From an uncultured Chlamydiae bacterium (GTDB taxonomy: Bacteria; Chlamydiota; Chlamydiia; Chlamydiales; JAJFMA01): a stretch of 64,000 nucleotides of DNA. The notes beneath the pieces were generated by a model that was not told the origin of the DNA, made no database searches, and saw only the letters and a program-made list of their open reading frames with translations. Shown here one piece after another: positions 44,570-55,480 of this stretch. The stretch's first letter is position 1; every line of letters begins with the position of its first letter. The DNA lies in contig CAVQMM010000001.1 in NCBI GenBank assembly GCA_963713615.1, forward strand, positions 1,024,001-1,088,000, in the 5' to 3' direction. Made by a program: the position numbers and the translations under genes.

Positions 44570-45948
44570 AGGTATTTATGTTTGACATTTCATATTTAAG
44601 CATTACTGTAGCAGGGTTTCTTTTATTCCTGTTCTCTACTGTGTTTTTTTTGGCGAAATTATATCGTCGATGCCCCTCAAACAAAGTCTTAGTGGTTTAT
44701 GGCCGCGTAGCAGGGAGCAAGACCGTTCAGTGCTATCATGGTGGCGGAACATTCATATGGCCATTGATCCAAGGGTATGCTTTCTTGGATTTAACGCCCC
44801 GCACTATCCATATCCCATTAAAGGGAGCGCTTTCCCATCAGAACATCCGGGTGAATGTACCGAGTACATTTACGGTCGCCGTAGGTATAACTCCGGACGT
44901 GATGAACAATGCAGCCGTTAGGATGTTAGATTTGGGCCATAAAGAAATCGAATCTATGGCTACTGAAATTATTATTGGCCAGTTACGTCTTACGGTAGCA
45001 TCGCTCCGGATTGAAGAGATTAACCAAGATAGAGAGCGCTTTTTAGAATCCATTAAAAATAATATCGAACCCGAGCTGCACAAGATTGGATTGACTCTAG
45101 TAAACGTCAACATCACAGATATAACGGACGAGTCAAACTATATTGAAAGCATCGGAATGAAAGCCTCTTCCATGGCTGTGAATCAAGCTAAAGTCGATGT
45201 AGCAGAACAAGAAAAGCAGGGAGATATCGGCAAATCATTAGCAGAAAGAGACCGTCGCGTATCAGTCGCTTCTTATAATGCAGAAGCAGTCAAAGGAGAG
45301 AACGACTCCAAAGCCCAAATGGCCCTGACAAATGCAGTGTTAGCTGAGAAAGAAGCGGAAGCAGCCCAACGTAGCCAAGTAGCTAAGCAAAATGCTGAAG
45401 CGACGATTCAAAGAGCGCGTGCACTGGCACAAATACAGCTTTTGGAAGCCGAGCAAATTGTTCCTCAAGAGATCAAGAAGCGTAAAATGCAAATAGAAGC
45501 AGAAGCAGAAGCTCAAAGCAAGGTCATCATAGCTCGCGGGGAAGCGGAAGCGATCTTGTCAATCCGACAAGCAGAGGCGGAGGGTATCCAAAAGTTGCTA
45601 GATGCTAAAGCTACAGGCTATAAACAGCTCTTTGAAGCTTGCGGAGAAGACGCTAAGAGCGCAGCTACAATGCTCTTGATAGAAAAGCTTGAAGAGATCG
45701 TGAAGTTGCAAGTAGAAGCGATCAAAAACATCAAAATTGACAAGATTACGGTGTGGGATAGCGGTAGCTCGGATGGAAAGGGGTCATCGACTTCAAACTT
45801 CATTAGCCAATTTACAAAATCATTGCCGGCTCTCCATGATATCGCTTCCCTGGCAGGATTAGAGCTTCCTCAATATCTTGGAAAAATCAGCCCTGATTCT
45901 TTGAGTGAGATTAATGGAAAAGTCCTAAACAAAGTTGACTCCAAATAG
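44566..45948 (+). CDS. Flotillin/SPFH family protein
   Basis: YRRCPSNKVLVVYG, HGGGTFIWP, NIRVNVPSTFTV; AE-rich coiled coil. Confidence 0.92.
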   Translation: MKVFMFDISYLSITVAGFLLFLFSTVFFLAKLYRRCPSNKVLVVYGRVAGSKTVQCYHGGGTFIWPLIQGYAFLDLTPRTIHIPLKGALSHQNIRVNVPSTFTVAVGITPDVMNNAAVRMLDLGHKEIESMATEIIIGQLRLTVASLRIEEINQDRERFLESIKNNIEPELHKIGLTLVNVNITDITDESNYIESIGMKASSMAVNQAKVDVAEQEKQGDIGKSLAERDRRVSVASYNAEAVKGENDSKAQMALTNAVLAEKEAEAAQRSQVAKQNAEATIQRARALAQIQLLEAEQIVPQEIKKRKMQIEAEAEAQSKVIIARGEAEAILSIRQAEAEGIQKLLDAKATGYKQLFEACGEDAKSAATMLLIEKLEEIVKLQVEAIKNIKIDKITVWDSGSSDGKGSSTSNFISQFTKSLPALHDIASLAGLELPQYLGKISPDSLSEINGKVLNKVDSK

Positions 45949-45979
45949 AGCATGCTGGCTTAGACTGAAAGGACATAAA

Positions 45980-46261
45980 ATGGGTTTTACATATATACCA
46001 CCACCAATCATTCATCAGGTCGAAGAGGCCCGTGTTTCTTATGGTAAGCCGTATTTTTATGAATGTGAAGGATGCATTATTAATTTAGCTGCTGCGACCC
46101 GATTTTACATCGATCATTTTCCTCTGACCTCTTATTACTGGCCGTGTGCAAGGATCGGGGGGAGTTCGTATCGCTTATCTTCTTCAGTGAGTAGTGAAAA
46201 AGAGGCAATGGAATTCCTTAGGAATTTATTAGGGAAAATTGAAAATAACAACGCGAATTAG
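45980..46261 (+). CDS. Hypothetical protein
   Basis: ORF with SD aagga downstream of flotillin. Confidence 0.45.
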   Translation: MGFTYIPPPIIHQVEEARVSYGKPYFYECEGCIINLAAATRFYIDHFPLTSYYWPCARIGGSSYRLSSSVSSEKEAMEFLRNLLGKIENNNAN

Positions 46262-46299
46262 AAGTATCGCTCGTATTTTACGAGCGATAATTCATTCTG

Positions 46300-46634
46300 T
46301 CATTTATTCAACCAATCTGGCATTCCTATCCATCCATGGTCTTTATAAACTATCCATGGTGCTTTAGGAATAGTGTCTGGCAGGGGAGGAACCGATTTCA
46401 GTTGCCCTTTGCAATAGGATTTCCACGCATCCTGTCCTTTTAAATCTAATTTTCTGACAAAATCACGGGCTTCTTCGAAGGACAAATACTCTCGAAAGCG
46501 AGTTGCCTTTATATTAGTGCCCAGCCAATCTCCGACACTTATCCACCCCTTATTTCGATACACAGTATTAGGGTCTTTGGGAATGTTGTTCGGTAATTGT
46601 GATTTCCCCGGGATTTTCCCCGAGCAATATTGAT
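46300..46634 (-). pseudogene. Fragment of an integrase-repeat (GHL12-like) protein
   Basis: Repeated IPKxPxxVY...GWxxxxDWL and SFEEARDFVRKL. Confidence 0.6.
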
Positions 46635-46800
46635 TGATATAGACATCCTCCTATGAGATTAAAGAATTTTCATTCCGTCAGATCTTTTCATTTTCTTGCA
46701 TCTACATATTGAATATACGCGTGGTAGAGTGCATATGTCCATTTTACATGAACCAGACATGAGGAAACAACTATAAGTATTTAATATTTAGTATTTTTTA

Positions 46801-46826
46801 AATAGGGAAACAGCTGTTTCCCTATT
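46801..46826. repeat. 26-bp perfect palindrome copy 2
   Basis: aatagggaaacagctgtttccctatt. Confidence 0.85.
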
Positions 46827-46865
46827 AGAAGGAAAGAACATATTGAACAAAAAGTAGAGATTGAC

Positions 46866-47915
46866 TCAATTAAACTGAATTGTTTTGCTTGTACAGTTGA
46901 TCGTTGCTGAGCCGCCATTAGGAATGACAATTTGGGGATCAGTGTGGCCAAAATTCATATTAAAAATAACAGGAGTTTGTGATTCATAATCTCTTAAGGC
47001 ATTGATTACGGCATTTTGCTGATTTAATATAAATGCTTCTCTTCCCTCCGGTGGTTGCTGTCCGCAAAATTGCGCTTTTGGATAGGCCATCAAAATAGCT
47101 TTAAACTTCTTTAACAAGCCTATTTCAGCCAAAGCCGCTATAAAACAATACACAAGTTCTTGGGCGGGCATTTCTTCTGAGGTTTCAATGAAAAGTATCG
47201 TGCCTTCCAGTTTTTCAAAATCGGGCAAATATTTTCTAACCGATAAATGAAAGGAAAGAACCTCAAGACAACCTCCCCATAGCTGTCCTTCAATGACTCC
47301 ATCTTGGTTATTATGCCAATGCCATCCATCGCTTTTGTACATCGGACGCTTTCTGCTTAAATTTTGAGGGTCGGCCCAATCTAAATCAGCATCGCTCCAT
47401 TCAGGCGCTGCGTGTACTTCACCAATTTGATGGCTAAAAAGTGCTTTTTGGATCGAGTTGATTGTATATTCTTGCATCCCCCCGCCCATAGCAAATTGAG
47501 TCATGACCGCACCTCCGTAATAAGAGATAATTCCTAAATTCCAAAGAAAGAGATGTAAGTTTGTACAATCGCTATACCCCATAAATATTTTGGGATTTGC
47601 GGAAATTATATCTTTGTTCAAATAGGGAAGAATTCTAATCTGGTCATTTCCACCAATAGTCGCGATGATTCCTTTGATAGACGGATCGGCAAAAGCCGCA
47701 TTGATATCTTCAGCCCTTGCTTTTGGATTTTTGGAAAGATATTCAGGACTTTGACGAGCAGTAGGAAATTCTATTGGAGTAAGTTGAAACACCTCTTTAA
47801 TTCGCTTCAACCCCTGTTCGTATACCCAAGGAAATACATGCGGTAGTCCTGCAGAAGGGGAGATGATAGCTATTTTATCCCCATGCTTTAGAGGCGAAGG
47901 CTTTATAAATTTCAT
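46866..47915 (-). CDS. S66 peptidase (LD-carboxypeptidase/MccF-like)
   Basis: IISPS, IGGND, GYSDCT (Ser), FIETSEE, FGHTDP. Confidence 0.92.
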   Translation of the reverse strand: MKFIKPSPLKHGDKIAIISPSAGLPHVFPWVYEQGLKRIKEVFQLTPIEFPTARQSPEYLSKNPKARAEDINAAFADPSIKGIIATIGGNDQIRILPYLNKDIISANPKIFMGYSDCTNLHLFLWNLGIISYYGGAVMTQFAMGGGMQEYTINSIQKALFSHQIGEVHAAPEWSDADLDWADPQNLSRKRPMYKSDGWHWHNNQDGVIEGQLWGGCLEVLSFHLSVRKYLPDFEKLEGTILFIETSEEMPAQELVYCFIAALAEIGLLKKFKAILMAYPKAQFCGQQPPEGREAFILNQQNAVINALRDYESQTPVIFNMNFGHTDPQIVIPNGGSATINCTSKTIQFN

Positions 47916-48421
47916 GAGTTCCCTTTGAGCATATAGATCTGTACGGGAATATTGTGAAAAATCGAATCTTTCCAATAGTGCATCCCTATACGGGAAGCAA
48001 CACCAACACTCCGTGTATTTTTTGGATCAATAATAGAAATGATCTGATCAAGCCGAAGTCGCTCAAAAGCGTACTGAGAAATCGCAAGGGCAGCCTCTGA
48101 AGCAAGACCTTTTCCCCAATACTTTGGATCTAATCTATAACCGAGCTCAATGAGATCTTCCCCATCAATCGATTGACTCATCAACCCGGCATACCCAATT
48201 AATCGCTGCTCTTCAGAGTGGACAACCGCTCAAAGACCGAAACCAAATTGAGCATAATGGTCCAAGATTCTTTTTTCTAAATAATCTTTCACCTGTTCTC
48301 GAAAAAGAGGCCCAGCCAGGGAAAAGTGCATGACTTCTTTATTCCCAAGAAGGGAAGACAGACCATCCAAATCGTCTATGGTAAATTCGCGGATGATGAG
48401 ATGTTTGGTCTGTAAAAACAT
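47912..48421 (-). pseudogene. RimJ/RimL GNAT acetyltransferase with in-frame TGA at 48230-48232
   Basis: GFGL*AVV (W expected); ELGYRL...WGKGLASEAA in the same frame. Confidence 0.85.
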
Positions 48422-48754
48422 TTTTTACTCGCATCTATAAAGATGTTCCTTAAGATGAGAAAATTGTACCAGAAAAACGTCTCACGGGAAAGGAAAACAT
48501 TTACAAACCGCCATCACAAAAATATTGTTTCTTCATCACCTGAAATCAAATATACAAGCGGTAGAGTCTGTATGTTAATTTTTTCATAGAAAACATCCTT
48601 TTTTACTGGCATAATCGTTCTTTACAAAAAGAGCGACTTGCTTGAGATTATTCAAGCCTAATACAAAAACGATTGTCATGACAGAGACTGTCGACCAGAA
48701 CTTTATTGAAAAGTTTTGGCACTCGCAGCAGTCGTTGTGTATCGATTGAAAAAA

Positions 48755-49648
48755 ATGATGGGAACCCTAATGCAAACAGTAGAAGTCCACGAGACTAAGC
48801 CGGAAAAGTTTAATCCCCAAGTTGAAGTAGCCGCCTGCTATCTTGAGTGCGATGGAAAGTTACTGCTGTTACTGAATGCGCCTGGTGATTCAGAAGCTGG
48901 ATCATGGGGCGTTCCGGCAGGAAAATTAGAATCGAATGAGGCCCCCTTACATGGAGCGGCTCGCGAGCTTTATGAAGAAACTTCGATTTCAATTGACCAA
49001 TCACAAATTCAATCTATTGGATCCCTTTATATTCGAAAACCGGAAGTCGATTACGTTTACCACTTATTCCGCATCAAGGTAGCCACAAGACCCGAAGTTC
49101 GACTATCACCTGAGCATCAGAATTATCAATGGGTATCCGCTGAGGAAATGGAAATGATGCCGATCATGATTGGCGGCAAAGAGGCCTATGCGCGTTATCG
49201 AGCGTTAGCATCCAAAAAACGTGTTGGAGCAAGTGTTAATGCCTATCTCATCTTAAAACAAGAAGACAAAATCTTGCTGCATTTGAGGAAAAATACCGGC
49301 TACTGCGATGGAATGTGGAGTTTGATTGCAGGCCATGTAGAAGATGGAGAATCAGCCACTGAGGGGATGAGTAGGGAAGCACATGAAGAAATTGGGATTC
49401 AGATCGAGCCTCTGAAGCTGAAAACTGTCCACGTGATGCATCGAAAAACAAATCGGCTCAACGTGGATATCTTTTTCGAATGCGCATCCTGGGAGGGCAG
49501 TATCATCAACCGCGAACCTGATAAATGCGAGCGCATTGCATTTTTTCCATTGGACGCATTGCCATTAAACCTAGTGGATTATAACGCTACAGCCTTAAAG
49601 GCTATTCTGGAAGGGAATTTTTATTCTGAATGTGGATGGACACCATGA
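48755..49648 (+). CDS. Tandem NUDIX hydrolase
   Basis: Two Nudix boxes: GKLESNE...RELYEET and GHVEDGE...REAHEEIG. Confidence 0.9.
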   Translation: MMGTLMQTVEVHETKPEKFNPQVEVAACYLECDGKLLLLLNAPGDSEAGSWGVPAGKLESNEAPLHGAARELYEETSISIDQSQIQSIGSLYIRKPEVDYVYHLFRIKVATRPEVRLSPEHQNYQWVSAEEMEMMPIMIGGKEAYARYRALASKKRVGASVNAYLILKQEDKILLHLRKNTGYCDGMWSLIAGHVEDGESATEGMSREAHEEIGIQIEPLKLKTVHVMHRKTNRLNVDIFFECASWEGSIINREPDKCERIAFFPLDALPLNLVDYNATALKAILEGNFYSECGWTP

Positions 49649-50178
49649 TTTTAAAGAAGGAGTTTTATTTCATTCGTCATGGGCAGACGGATCATAATAT
49701 TTCAGCAGAAGAAAAAATTGATCTTCCTGCTCATATCACCTTAAATTCTACAGGTTTAAATCAAGCTAACGGAATCGAACCGATTATTGCTTCTTTACCG
49801 ATTAAGACCGTTTGTTGCAGCCCCTTTAAACGTGCTCAAGAAACCAAAGACATCGTTACCTCTAGACTGTCGGCCCACCACTGCGAGATAGAGGAGCTTG
49901 GTGAATGTTCCGGTCTAATATGGAAAGAGATGACCTCTCTTGGAACAATGGCTTACTTGCAGGCCAAAGACCCTGTGCGTAAATTCATGCAGCAAGTGCT
50001 CAAAGGGATAAATCAAGCGCTCGAGCAAAAAGGTCCCTTACTAATTGTTGCCCACGGCGGCGTCCATTGGGCTCTCTGCTGCTTCTTAGGAGTGGAATGT
50101 GAATGGGCCATTCATAACTGCGTTCCCGTTCATTTTACAGTTGGAAATGAAAAATGGAGTGCCCGAAGGCTTATATGA
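49636..50178 (+). CDS. Histidine phosphatase family protein
   Basis: RHGQT, SPFKRAQET, VAHGG. Confidence 0.9.
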   Translation: MDTMILKKEFYFIRHGQTDHNISAEEKIDLPAHITLNSTGLNQANGIEPIIASLPIKTVCCSPFKRAQETKDIVTSRLSAHHCEIEELGECSGLIWKEMTSLGTMAYLQAKDPVRKFMQQVLKGINQALEQKGPLLIVAHGGVHWALCCFLGVECEWAIHNCVPVHFTVGNEKWSARRLI

Positions 50179-50397
50179 ATAATAAATGTCACACAGTGGA
50201 ATTTGTCGATACACTTCCTGAAGAAGTGGAAGAAAAAATGCGCAAAGATCTTGTAGAATATGAAAGTAGTCATGGCATTGATGTAAATTACAAAAGATTT
50301 GCGGTTATTCTTAGGGATGAAAAAAGAAAAGTGCTTGGTGTTCTCAATGCCTTCACTGCATTTTCAGAAGTGTATATTGATGATATGTGGGTCTATA
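50175..50397 (+). pseudogene. GNAT acetyltransferase, 3'-truncated by an IS
   Basis: VLGVLNAFTAFSEVYIDDMWV followed directly by the IS end. Confidence 0.7.
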
Positions 50398-52015
50398 GGC
50401 CTTGTTCGACTTCCTAGGGAAATTTTCGCACATGGAATGAGAACTTTCTGCACTTTTAGGTCAGTGCAAGCTCGATGAAAACCCTTAAGAACGTGGTGTG
50501 CAGGTTTTGAAACATAGAGTAATTGCCCTGTCGCATAGTGACAAAGTGATTCAAGAAAAAGTGCCGTAACGCAATAGATTATTAGAAAAAATAGAGCCAA
50601 CTGCTTAAAGTCTTAGCTTTCGACGACTTAGACTTAACAATTGACTCTATGAACACAGTATCTTCGATTTCATCTGAAAAGGCAACTTCCAAATGCCGTA
50701 AAACTCATCGACCTCTTTCCGTTATCTCTAGGAAGGTTGTGGCCTTCGACGCCCTTGCCAATCTACAATATACTGTAAGGTCAACTAGAGAAATTTCGGC
50801 CATTTTAGAGGTCCCCAATTCGACTATGCATTCTTGGCGAGCGCAACGAAGTTCCTCAAAAGCTCTTTTAGATCCATTGGGTGAATTTTTTCAAACCCCA
50901 TCGGGGGCTGAGCACCTTCAAAGATTGGTCACAGCAGCAGTACTGGTTATTGCATACGGCTCTAGCGGAGTACGCGGCCTTCAAGAGTATCTGCATCATT
51001 CCGGTCTTGATAGGTATGTAGCCTCATCAAATGGGGCTCTACATGATTATTCCAAGCGCATTGAACAGAGCATCATCACCTTTGGCGCATGTGAAGAAAA
51101 ACGGTTAGCCAAAGAAATGAGGAGCAGAAAGATCACAGCCGCATTGGATGAAATGTTTAGAGGACGTCGTCCCTGTCTGGTTGCCATTGAGGTGGTTTCA
51201 AATTTCATTCTGCTGGAGAAATTTACAGAGGATAGAAAGGCAGAGACTTGGAAGCACGAAGTTACCTCTAGACTTAGTGAACTGCCCATCGAAGTTGGGC
51301 AGGTGGTAAGTGATTTGTGCGGGGCACTAACGTCCTACACAAAGGACATCAGCGCTCAGCATTCACCAGATCTTTTTCATGGTCAGCACGAGCTAACTAA
51401 AGCCACGGCAGCTCCGCTGTCATCTCAAGAAAGAGCCTTTGATGCAATGGTCAGCCTACTGACGTCATACCTTCTAATGCTTGGACTATACGTAGATGGA
51501 TTGCAGCTACCAGAAGATCAGAGTCGTTTTTTCTTAGATGTCGTTTTTCCATTCGCCTACCTAAGAATGATCCTGAAGCGACAAAGTAAGGAGGGAAAGA
51601 AGAAGCTGAAAGCGCTGATAGACAGCCTCGAAATAAAGATTAGAGAAGGACCTTGGGCCGAAGCTCTGAACCAGAGCTGGATAAAAGAGGCGAGTAACTT
51701 AGCAGAGCTATTTCAACGGTCTAGCTCATGCGTAGAGGGGCGAAACGGCATGCTATCACTGCTACATCATCGTTGCCATCGCTTGAGCACCGACAGATTG
51801 AAGGCACTTACAGTGGTGCATAACTATCACCGTCGACGAGTTGATGGTAGCACAGCAGCCGAGCGTTTTTTTGAGCAGGGCCATAGCGATCTGTTCGAGT
51901 ATTTGACCTTAAACGTCCGGATTCCAGGAAAGCCACAGCTAGTACGTAAGAGCACTGAGATGAAAAAGGCCGACGCCGCCTAGGCCTCAGAGTGTGCGAA
52001 AAGTCGAACAAGGCC
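50398..52015 (+). mobile_element. GGCCTT-family deletion derivative B (444-aa ORF 50649-51983)
   Basis: IRs ggccttgttcgactt / aagtcgaacaaggcc; homologous to the 559-aa transposase. Confidence 0.9.
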
Positions 52016-52111
52016 CTAAATATCATGCATATCCGATGAATCATGTTTTTTGGCTCACGCGTGCCTGTGTAGTCAAGTCCTACAGAACCGGATGAACCAT
52101 AAAATTCCATA

Positions 52112-53041
52112 TTAGTAAAAAATCGTACAACCTCGTTGTTCGAGCTCGTCGAACCAGTCTGGTATGGTCAGATGTTTGTTCAGTCGAACATCCAGCTTTT
52201 CAAGGCTAGTAAGATCTCGCATACTCGAAGGCAACGTGGTTAATTGGTTGCGTCTGAGATCTAAAAATCGCAAGGATTTCAATTTGCCAATACTCTCTGG
52301 CAAAGCCGTTAACTTGTTCGTGCGAAGATCCAGATCTGTGAGATCAGCGAGATCTCCAATGGAATCGGGTAAAGCTGCTATCTGGTTATCCTCGAGCACA
52401 AGTTTTCTAAGATTTTTGAGACCGCCTAGCGAATCTGGGAGGCTCGTCAGGCTATTATTCATTGCATGAAGTTCCCGTAGCTTTGTTAGCCTCCCAAGGT
52501 GGGCAGGTAGCCCTTTCAGCTGATTGTTGTAGACTCTGAGTTCAAGAAGATTTTCGAACCCCTCAAGACACTGTGGCAGCTCCGTAAATTGGTTGTATGT
52601 CACATTTAAGTAAACCAGATTTTTCAAGCTCTGCAAGGCTAGTGGCAAGGAGGTCAAACGATTGCCTGCCAAATAAAGAAAGCGAAGGTCACTGAGTAAA
52701 CTTACTGTTTCAGGCAAGGCTGTCAGCTGATTATGCTGCACGTCCAATACCTGAAGGTGCGTCAATTTACCAATATCGTCAGAAAGGAAAGAAAGTCTAT
52801 TTGCGCTGACGTTTATGCGCTCGAGGCTTCCGAGCGAAAATAGGGTTTGAGGCAACGTTAAAAGATCGTTTTTATAAGCACTTAGCCTTCTAAGCTGCAC
52901 CGAGCAGGCGATATTGGACGAAATTTCTGTCAAGTGATTATCGTCTAACCAAAGAACTTCTAGTTCATCGTCATCAAAGGTTCCTGCAGGAACAGCTGTG
53001 AGGCCCCTCCCGGTCAGGTTGAGCGTTTTGGGCATAACCAT
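52112..53041 (-). CDS. Leucine-rich repeat protein
   Basis: About twelve 23-aa LxxLxLxxNxLxxLP repeats. Confidence 0.92.
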   Translation of the reverse strand: MVMPKTLNLTGRGLTAVPAGTFDDDELEVLWLDDNHLTEISSNIACSVQLRRLSAYKNDLLTLPQTLFSLGSLERINVSANRLSFLSDDIGKLTHLQVLDVQHNQLTALPETVSLLSDLRFLYLAGNRLTSLPLALQSLKNLVYLNVTYNQFTELPQCLEGFENLLELRVYNNQLKGLPAHLGRLTKLRELHAMNNSLTSLPDSLGGLKNLRKLVLEDNQIAALPDSIGDLADLTDLDLRTNKLTALPESIGKLKSLRFLDLRRNQLTTLPSSMRDLTSLEKLDVRLNKHLTIPDWFDELEQRGCTIFY

Positions 53042-53127
53042 CTCTAAGCGTAAAAAAAATAGTGGTACTGCACTATACCACAACTCGTTCCAAATTCCAA
53101 TTCTTAATGAATAACACGATAAACGTA

Positions 53128-53335
53128 TTTCGGCGCGCAGCGCTTTGGAGTGCGTGTCGCTCGCGACCGCTTTGGATTTGGGCGAGCCTATTGAATCGCG
53201 CACCGTTCTACGGAGGCCGCCCCCCCCCCCCCCCCCCCCCCCCACAGTTACCCCTAGAGAGAAGGGTTACGTTTCTTGCAATACCAACTTCGCCCAAATC
53301 CAAAGCGGTCGCGAGCGACGCGCACTCCAAAGCGC
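53128..53335. repeat. Inverted pair of GGAG-type REPs enclosing a C24 tract
   Basis: ggagtgcgtgtcgctcgcgaccgctttggatttgggcga and its inverse at ~53290-53335; C run 53220-53243. Confidence 0.75.
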
Positions 53336-53411
53336 GTGTCCCTCCCGTGAGCGTGCGTGAAAAAAATATTCCGCCGTGGCATGATACCCCTCATTAACGT
53401 GGGAGGGTATC

Positions 53412-53828
53412 ATGTCCTATCTGGATAAACTGGCTAAAGTCGAGGCGCTTCTTCAACGTGCTTCCTCTGAGGGAGAACGCCACGCTGCCGAGCTTGCCAA
53501 GCAACGAATCTTAGCCAGAATTTCCGATATACACACCAGTCGGCCCATCGAGTACAAGATCTCTCTGGATAGCCCGTGGAAAAGAAGGCTATTTGCAACG
53601 GTCTGCTCCAAACATGGTTATAAAACCTATCGGTATGCCAGGCAAAAACGCACCACAGCTCATGTGATGATTGCTAAGAATTTGATGGAAGAAGTGCTTT
53701 GGCCTGAATTTTTGCGGTATGCAAAAATTCTGGAAGAACTCGTTGAGGATATATTAAAAGACTTAACGGCTAAGATCCATCATGTGGAAGAGGAAGAGTT
53801 AGAAATTGCTGGCGAGATCGCACATTGA
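53412..53828 (+). CDS. IS66 passenger hypothetical protein (DUF2786-like N-terminus)
   Basis: Inside the IRs, convergent with tnpC; SD gggagg. Confidence 0.7.
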   Translation: MSYLDKLAKVEALLQRASSEGERHAAELAKQRILARISDIHTSRPIEYKISLDSPWKRRLFATVCSKHGYKTYRYARQKRTTAHVMIAKNLMEEVLWPEFLRYAKILEELVEDILKDLTAKIHHVEEEELEIAGEIAH

Positions 53829-55432
53829 GGAGGAGCAAGATTGTGTGAATAATTCCAGGGCAACCAAGCCTTGGGATCCTCTAGAACACTTTCAGTATTC
53901 TTTTGGATTGCTGTGAGATAGTTATAGGGATTGATCTTATTTAGAGTGCAGGTTTCGATGACACTCATCAGAATATCAGCAATTTTGGCTCCAGTTTCAT
54001 TTTTGAAAAAATAGGCGTTCTTACGGTTAAGTACGGCCCTTTTGAGTTGACGTTCGTTGTCATTGTTTGAGATTGGAACTCCAGGAATACGTAAGAACAG
54101 GGTCAGCCCCTCCCAGTGATTATCAAGATACTGAATAGCCCTCCCAAAACTGCTATTGGGCTCTATTTGCTTGGAGTCTATAAGGTCTTTGCAATAGGCT
54201 CTCATCTTGTTCATGATCGGAGCACTTTTGTCTTGGTGCCACTTTAGCCTATCTTCAGGAGTCAGGCTTTCTTTTTTTGCTATCTTGTCGTTCAGAAACA
54301 CTAAGTCAAAGGACGAGACTACATTCACGCACTCATTAGGCCAGTGTGACGCGAGCTCATAAAAATTACGTCGTGCATGGGCATTGCAATAGGCTAGTTG
54401 AGTGGAATGATTCTTTGGAATGTTCCTGGACAAAGCGTCACAGGCTTGTATAGGCACTGGAAGAGCCTCGTCACGCATATCCAAAAGATCTTTTAAATTT
54501 TCTCCTGCGTGCTGTCTTCCAGTAAAAAACAAGGCGATCTCTTTGTCGTGTGCTTTTCCAAGAATGCCCGTTGTGAATATTCCCTTCCTTTCTGGATTGG
54601 CTACTTCGTTTTCCTTCATAAGGCTAAGCACTCTTGCCATCGTATCGTCGTTGTGAAGGCATTCACAGTTGGCCGCGAGTTGGCACAGCTCTATGAAAAC
54701 AGGCTCCATGCACTCTGCAACATCATGGGTCATGCCCCAAATTTCTGTATCTGAAATAGGGTTGCCCAAAATGGTCTGTATTTGCTCTTGACGATAGAAG
54801 GGCATGCCACCGCGATATTTAAGAATCGAGACTATAGCCTTAGCTGACTTATCGATTCTTGACTCAGTGTAAAGCTCTTCGGGTAGTCTAGCGGTGAACA
54901 CCTGTTGACAAATAGGACAGCGAAGTCTTTCAGGTTTGTAGATATGCACATTTAACCAGGGTTGCCCCACAATGCGAAGCACCGTTCCGGAAGCTAGATT
55001 GAATAATTTGCCTTTACCACACGCAGGACAGGTAGAGCCCTTTTTAAGAACCTCGTGGGCTACTTTTATGAGCTGCGCTTCTTGATAATCGCTTGCTGGT
55101 CGATGCCCGTGCCCTTTTGCCGGACCTGCATCAGAAGGCTTCTCACTTGAAGTATCCTCAGAAGTGCTATTTCCTTTCTCGCTTCCAGTGTTTTTTGGTC
55201 GCAGTAGATTCTTTAACTTCTGTGCACTTTCCGTCTTAATCCCGAATACAGCTTTAAGCCTTGCAATACTCAAAGACTGCTCTCGAAGAGATCCCTCCAT
55301 CCATATCATTGCCCTTACAAGATCAGCAAGCAAGGGGAAATCGTCTACCTCAAGGGATTGACTCTCGATCCTCTGTATGAGGGATTCAATCTCTTCTGTA
55401 GTAAAATCTATGCGTTTAGGTCGCTTTGCCAT
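53780..55432 (-). CDS. tnpC: IS66 transposase
   Basis: CPACG zinc finger, HNDDT, CNAHARRNF, SNNDNERQLK, LPWNY. Confidence 0.92.
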   Translation of the reverse strand: MAKRPKRIDFTTEEIESLIQRIESQSLEVDDFPLLADLVRAMIWMEGSLREQSLSIARLKAVFGIKTESAQKLKNLLRPKNTGSEKGNSTSEDTSSEKPSDAGPAKGHGHRPASDYQEAQLIKVAHEVLKKGSTCPACGKGKLFNLASGTVLRIVGQPWLNVHIYKPERLRCPICQQVFTARLPEELYTESRIDKSAKAIVSILKYRGGMPFYRQEQIQTILGNPISDTEIWGMTHDVAECMEPVFIELCQLAANCECLHNDDTMARVLSLMKENEVANPERKGIFTTGILGKAHDKEIALFFTGRQHAGENLKDLLDMRDEALPVPIQACDALSRNIPKNHSTQLAYCNAHARRNFYELASHWPNECVNVVSSFDLVFLNDKIAKKESLTPEDRLKWHQDKSAPIMNKMRAYCKDLIDSKQIEPNSSFGRAIQYLDNHWEGLTLFLRIPGVPISNNDNERQLKRAVLNRKNAYFFKNETGAKIADILMSVIETCTLNKINPYNYLTAIQKNTESVLEDPKAWLPWNYSHNLAPPQCAISPAISNSSSST

Positions 55433-55480
55433 CTTCAACCATCCCTAGGGCATTTATTTGACAATAAAAAAACAATATTG

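Noticed and set aside
39344..52015. Bona fide composite transposon
   Set aside because: Outer flanks (gaatgaag, ctaaatat) are not a TSD
53042..53245. Poly-Gly N-terminal extension of the LRR ORF
   Set aside because: Chance read-through of REP and poly-C sequence; ATG at 53041 or 53035 fits better
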